DNA from: Phoronis australis
Lineage: Eukaryota > Animalia > Phoronida
Length of the DNA: 64,000 nucleotides
Direction: 5' to 3'
NCBI GenBank assembly: GCA_002633005.1
Contig: NMRA01000459.1
Span: forward strand, 109,047-173,046
A program made the translations under genes and the position numbers. The notes under the pieces are model-generated. The model had not been told where the DNA came from, made no database searches, and saw only the letters and a program-made list of their open reading frames with translations. Below are positions 59,951 through 64,000 of the stretch, in pieces. Position 1 is the stretch's first letter; each line of letters starts with the position of its first letter.

Positions 59951-62900
59951 GCGCCAGTGAGGAGTAAATGTAAGCTTATGGTAATTGATCACTTGCCGCC
60001 TTTGAATTTTGACTAAATTTTTTACACCGTTCTATATCTAGTATTGTAAAGTTGTGTTAAATCAACCCAATTCGTGTGCAATTAAACTTACCTGTTTAAA
60101 CAATCACCAACTAAAGTAGACAATCACATCAGTCATAAATAACTTCCCTGAACGCAGACATTCAGGAAGTTGCCCTTTGTATGTGGCTCTACGTTTCATT
60201 GGCTAGACAAAAGTGTAAATCATATTAGCCAGATATTAACCACTGAGAGTGGCGCTTGCCGAATGACCTAAAATGGCCTACATTGTGCTTGGCTACCTCA
60301 TTATCATAAGACCATTTTAAAGAGAATAATCCCAACGTTAATAACATCCTCAATTTGCAAAGTTAATGGTTGCAATATGTGTTGCTTGCTTCTAACATGA
60401 CTGTAATCAAAACTTTAATTAGAATGAAGACTTTTCAAGTTTATAGTTGTTAATACTTAACCCCCAAAGATCTTTCCCAGCATGTAACCTATTCTAGATA
60501 AACCCATTGGCTCCTTATCCACGTGTAGCATGTTTTATGATAATGCTATTTGGACCAGAGAACCTAGAAGTAAATCTAAGGCTTTTTGGTGGATTTTTCA
60601 AAGCCATAAACAGTAAAGCCATCACACAGAATAAATAAAAGTGGAGCGACTCGATGTCTGTGTTTGCAGCCTTTTTGTTCTTTAGAATGTGAAGCTCTTC
60701 ATTTAGCACGAATTACAAGCTTGATACGATGTTGAGAATTTTTATGCACTTACAAAATACGCTACCAAATGTCAACGTTTTAAAACGCAGGTCCATGGTC
60801 ATACGGATCAACGCGTTTTCAAAATCTAGTAAGAGATCGAACCGGCGGTGATGTTCTTTTTGCGGGTATGTTCTGGTGTCCTACCCTGTACAGTACATAC
60901 AAATCGTCCAGACAAAACCCATTCTAGAGGCTAAACAAGCAGAGAATTTTTGTAACATACAATTAGCGGTGATAGTGGACGCCAGTTTTTAACAACTCGC
61001 GAGGACTATTGTTTTCAGGGAGCAATTCGAAGTTTGAAAGTACTCCTATGTTGAAGCTTTGGCAGACCTCTGTACAACTCCGCTATGAACCGCCAGTCCC
61101 TGGATCATGCTTCATAGTCTTTACATTTGTCAATTCGCCGAGGATATTTTACTGTCCACTGTACAAATATTTTTTTGTATGAATGAACATGTAATAATCA
61201 CTTACTGGGATTCCCCTTTTGGGAACAACCTATCTCCTCTGAATAACGGCCGTCAAACTGGTTCTCAAAATCCGATACCCCTGTACGTGACTGCTACATG
61301 TACCTATATGTACTGTACATGCTTACATGTAAGCATTCTTACAATGAGAACACCTACATGCATAAAGTGGTATTTGCATGCTTCTAACTATGCTAATGTA
61401 CACAAAAACTAAACCAAAATGCTATTTGAACATCATCTACGCTAAACAAAGTGCAGTTGTATTCATTGGCAACTTGTGAATGTGAAAAAATCTGAAAACT
61501 AAGTGACTTTTGCACTAATGACGACGTTCCTTGGGTGCTCACATAGCCCCGCATCATGCATTGTTATTCCGCAACACCACGTCACGATATTTACTGGACA
61601 CGGTTGAGCGATTTACGGTGGATCGTTTTCGACACAAAACTCGTTCTTAAAAACGTGTGGCAATTTAAGGCGTACTTCATATTCACATCGTCGCTATATG
61701 CTGTGTTTCTAATTAATTTGACCAAGCAATCACAGAGACGAGGAATTAGCGTGCAAGTTCCGCTAAAATATATCTTGAAACTTAATCTTTAACGTCATAT
61801 TTAACCTAATCGAGTGTTTCATGATTTCGTTGTTCGCTGTTGTCCTCCGTAGCCCGTGGCACTTTAGTTGCAATACGCTAGTCTTTCAATCGATTGATTC
61901 GTGAACACCCTGACACAATTTTCATGTATTGGTTAATAATGAAATATCATCCAAGCGGCTGAAGGTGAAGTCAACACTGCCACATCTAGACGGATCAAAT
62001 ACTGCGACTTCAGCTTTACTTCATAACTGCACCAATAACCAGCGAACACTAGTCCTTTTTAGCTAAAAATTTCACGAAAGTTGTTTTTATTCTGACGTTG
62101 ACTATTAGGTACATGTATCTAAACAGAATAAAAATATAGAGCTTGGGACATTGATAGAAAACAATAGGAGCACTTTGGAAAAACATTTTTTTTTCATTTG
62201 CCTACTTGAAACATTGCTACTGTTTACGTGGATAAAATCGATTGTACCGACTTTTGCTGCCTAACAGGAAATTGTTTTGAGCTACTCTCTACAAAAATTC
62301 ATGAATATTGATTAATTAACAACTGAGATACTATTACATGGAAAAGATGGGGCGTTTTGGGAACTCCGAAAATAAATTGTCAGGCACACAGACAGACAGA
62401 CAGAAAAGCAGACAGTCAAACAGATGGCCTGGCCGACAGACAGAAAGATTACATAATCTGGCCGTTTTCAAACAATACTCACGTGTCTGCAAGTACGCAT
62501 ACAAGTTCCTACGATGGCTATGGATCTCCTTCCTAACTGCATTTTCAACTAAATTTTTAATGAATTACTTGCAGTTTAAGTGTACGCAATGATTTTGTCA
62601 ATCCATTTTTACTCCGACCATAGCAATTTTTCACAGGAGAGCGTAGCATTGACCTAATGACTCAGTGGCCGTGGTGCACGAGCATAGTAGCCCCTGTCCC
62701 TGCCTCCACTTTGCGCTCCATGCCCCCCCCCCCCTCGGCTCCCCGTCACTACCGATTTTGTAAAAAAAAAATTCCCCACGTATTTTAAATTTCAAAAACC
62801 ACTCCGTGTAGAATCGAAGTTCTTTGGTGTGGGTTTTCAAAAGCCGGCAAACTGAAAAAGCGTAGATAATACAAGTGTAGAATTTTAGCGTTATGGCGGA

Positions 62901-63590
62901 GAACTTGCATATCAAAAGTGGCAAAATCACGTAATAAATACTTTAAAACAGTACCAGTGGACATGTGCTAACAGTCGGAAATGAATGTACTATCTGGACT
63001 ATTGATGTCGATTATAGTCAATAATCTGCGGGTTTGTACTGGACATCTTTTTACTGATATGCAACTGACAGCGTGATGAGTGCCGCAACAGGAAAATGTG
63101 GTAATTACTCCTTGAAAGTGTGTAATGGTGTTCGTCTTTGCACTGTAGGCCTACTGACTTATAGAACGGCGTGTTATCTATTGAATTATTACAAATATGT
63201 TGCCGGTTACGTATATCATACTCTTTTCTTTTAGCGCACATTGTACGCCTCAATATAAATACTCACCTGCACATCTACAAGATTGCAGTTACTCCTGCAG
63301 TTATTATATTTTCAATTTTAAGTAAAAACCGGTGTGTCTTCCAAGTTAAGCGCCATCACAGAAAAGTTCTCCATACCATCGATTTTGTGTGTACTTAGCA
63401 GCACATGAAGCGCCACCACGGAGACATCACAAAATGATTTGATTTAGACCACTTACCGTCACAAAACTGGACCCAAATTTTCCCCCAGTAAAACTGAATT
63501 GGGATTTGTGGGCTTCGGAAGAATTGTAAGTGTGCGTGTTATCGCTTGAGACCAGGCTCTACAGGTGTCGCAGTATGTCGTGATGTCTTG

Positions 63591-63932
63591 CACTGAGTAT
63601 GGTCTCAAGGAATATATTGTGCACTGCAATATGGTCTCAAAGAATACAATGTACACCGAGTCTGATCACAAGGAATATATTGTGAACTGAGTGGGGTCTT
63701 AAGGAATATATTTTGCACTGAGTATGGTCTTAGGGAATATATTGCGCACTGCAGTATGTTCTTAAGGAATATATTGTGCACAACAGTGTGGTCTCAAGGA
63801 ACATATTGTGCACTGAGTATGGTCTTAAAGAATATATTGTGCACTGAATATGGTCTTAAGGAATATACATGTATTGTGCACTGAGTATGATCTTAAGGAA
63901 TATAGTGTGCACTGAGTATGGTCTCACGGAAT
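63591..63932. repeat. 31-bp minisatellite, about 11 copies
   Basis: Unit cactgagtatggtct(c/t)aaggaatatattgtg. Confidence 0.92.
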
Positions 63933-64000
63933 AACGAACTGCCATTCCTTTACAAGTCCAAAAATCATCTGAGGAAGAAAAAAAAACACGTTCTAGCGTA

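Noticed and set aside
63591-63932. CRISPR-like array of 31-bp repeats
   Set aside because: Head-to-tail repeats without unique spacers, no cas genes, and an animal genome context.

Overview
Intron-rich, repeat-rich animal (marine invertebrate-like) genomic DNA, not prokaryotic. Two spliced genes can be reconstructed by hand, arranged head to head. (1) Minus strand: an SLC3-family heavy chain of heteromeric amino-acid transporters (rBAT/4F2hc-like, GH13 fold). It has 8 coding exons from 10036 to 2932, includes a GC-AG intron, and its 3' end lies beyond the left window edge. (2) Plus strand: a complete CDK5RAP3/C53 gene with 12 coding exons, 15353-30602, 511 aa; its last exon occurs twice across an assembly N. 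From about 32 kb to 64 kb I found no recognisable host gene, only decayed and nested mobile elements (CR1/L2-type and Penelope retroelements, Helentron-type HINEs, Kolobok-, Harbinger- and TcMar-like MITEs) and tandem repeats. The most striking unexplained signal is about 30 copies of TACATGTA. Three internal alignments show it arises as an exact CATGTA insertion at a TA, matching Tc1/mariner excision footprints, and it is almost absent from the CDK5RAP3 locus. All alignments and counts were done by eye; no database searches were run.
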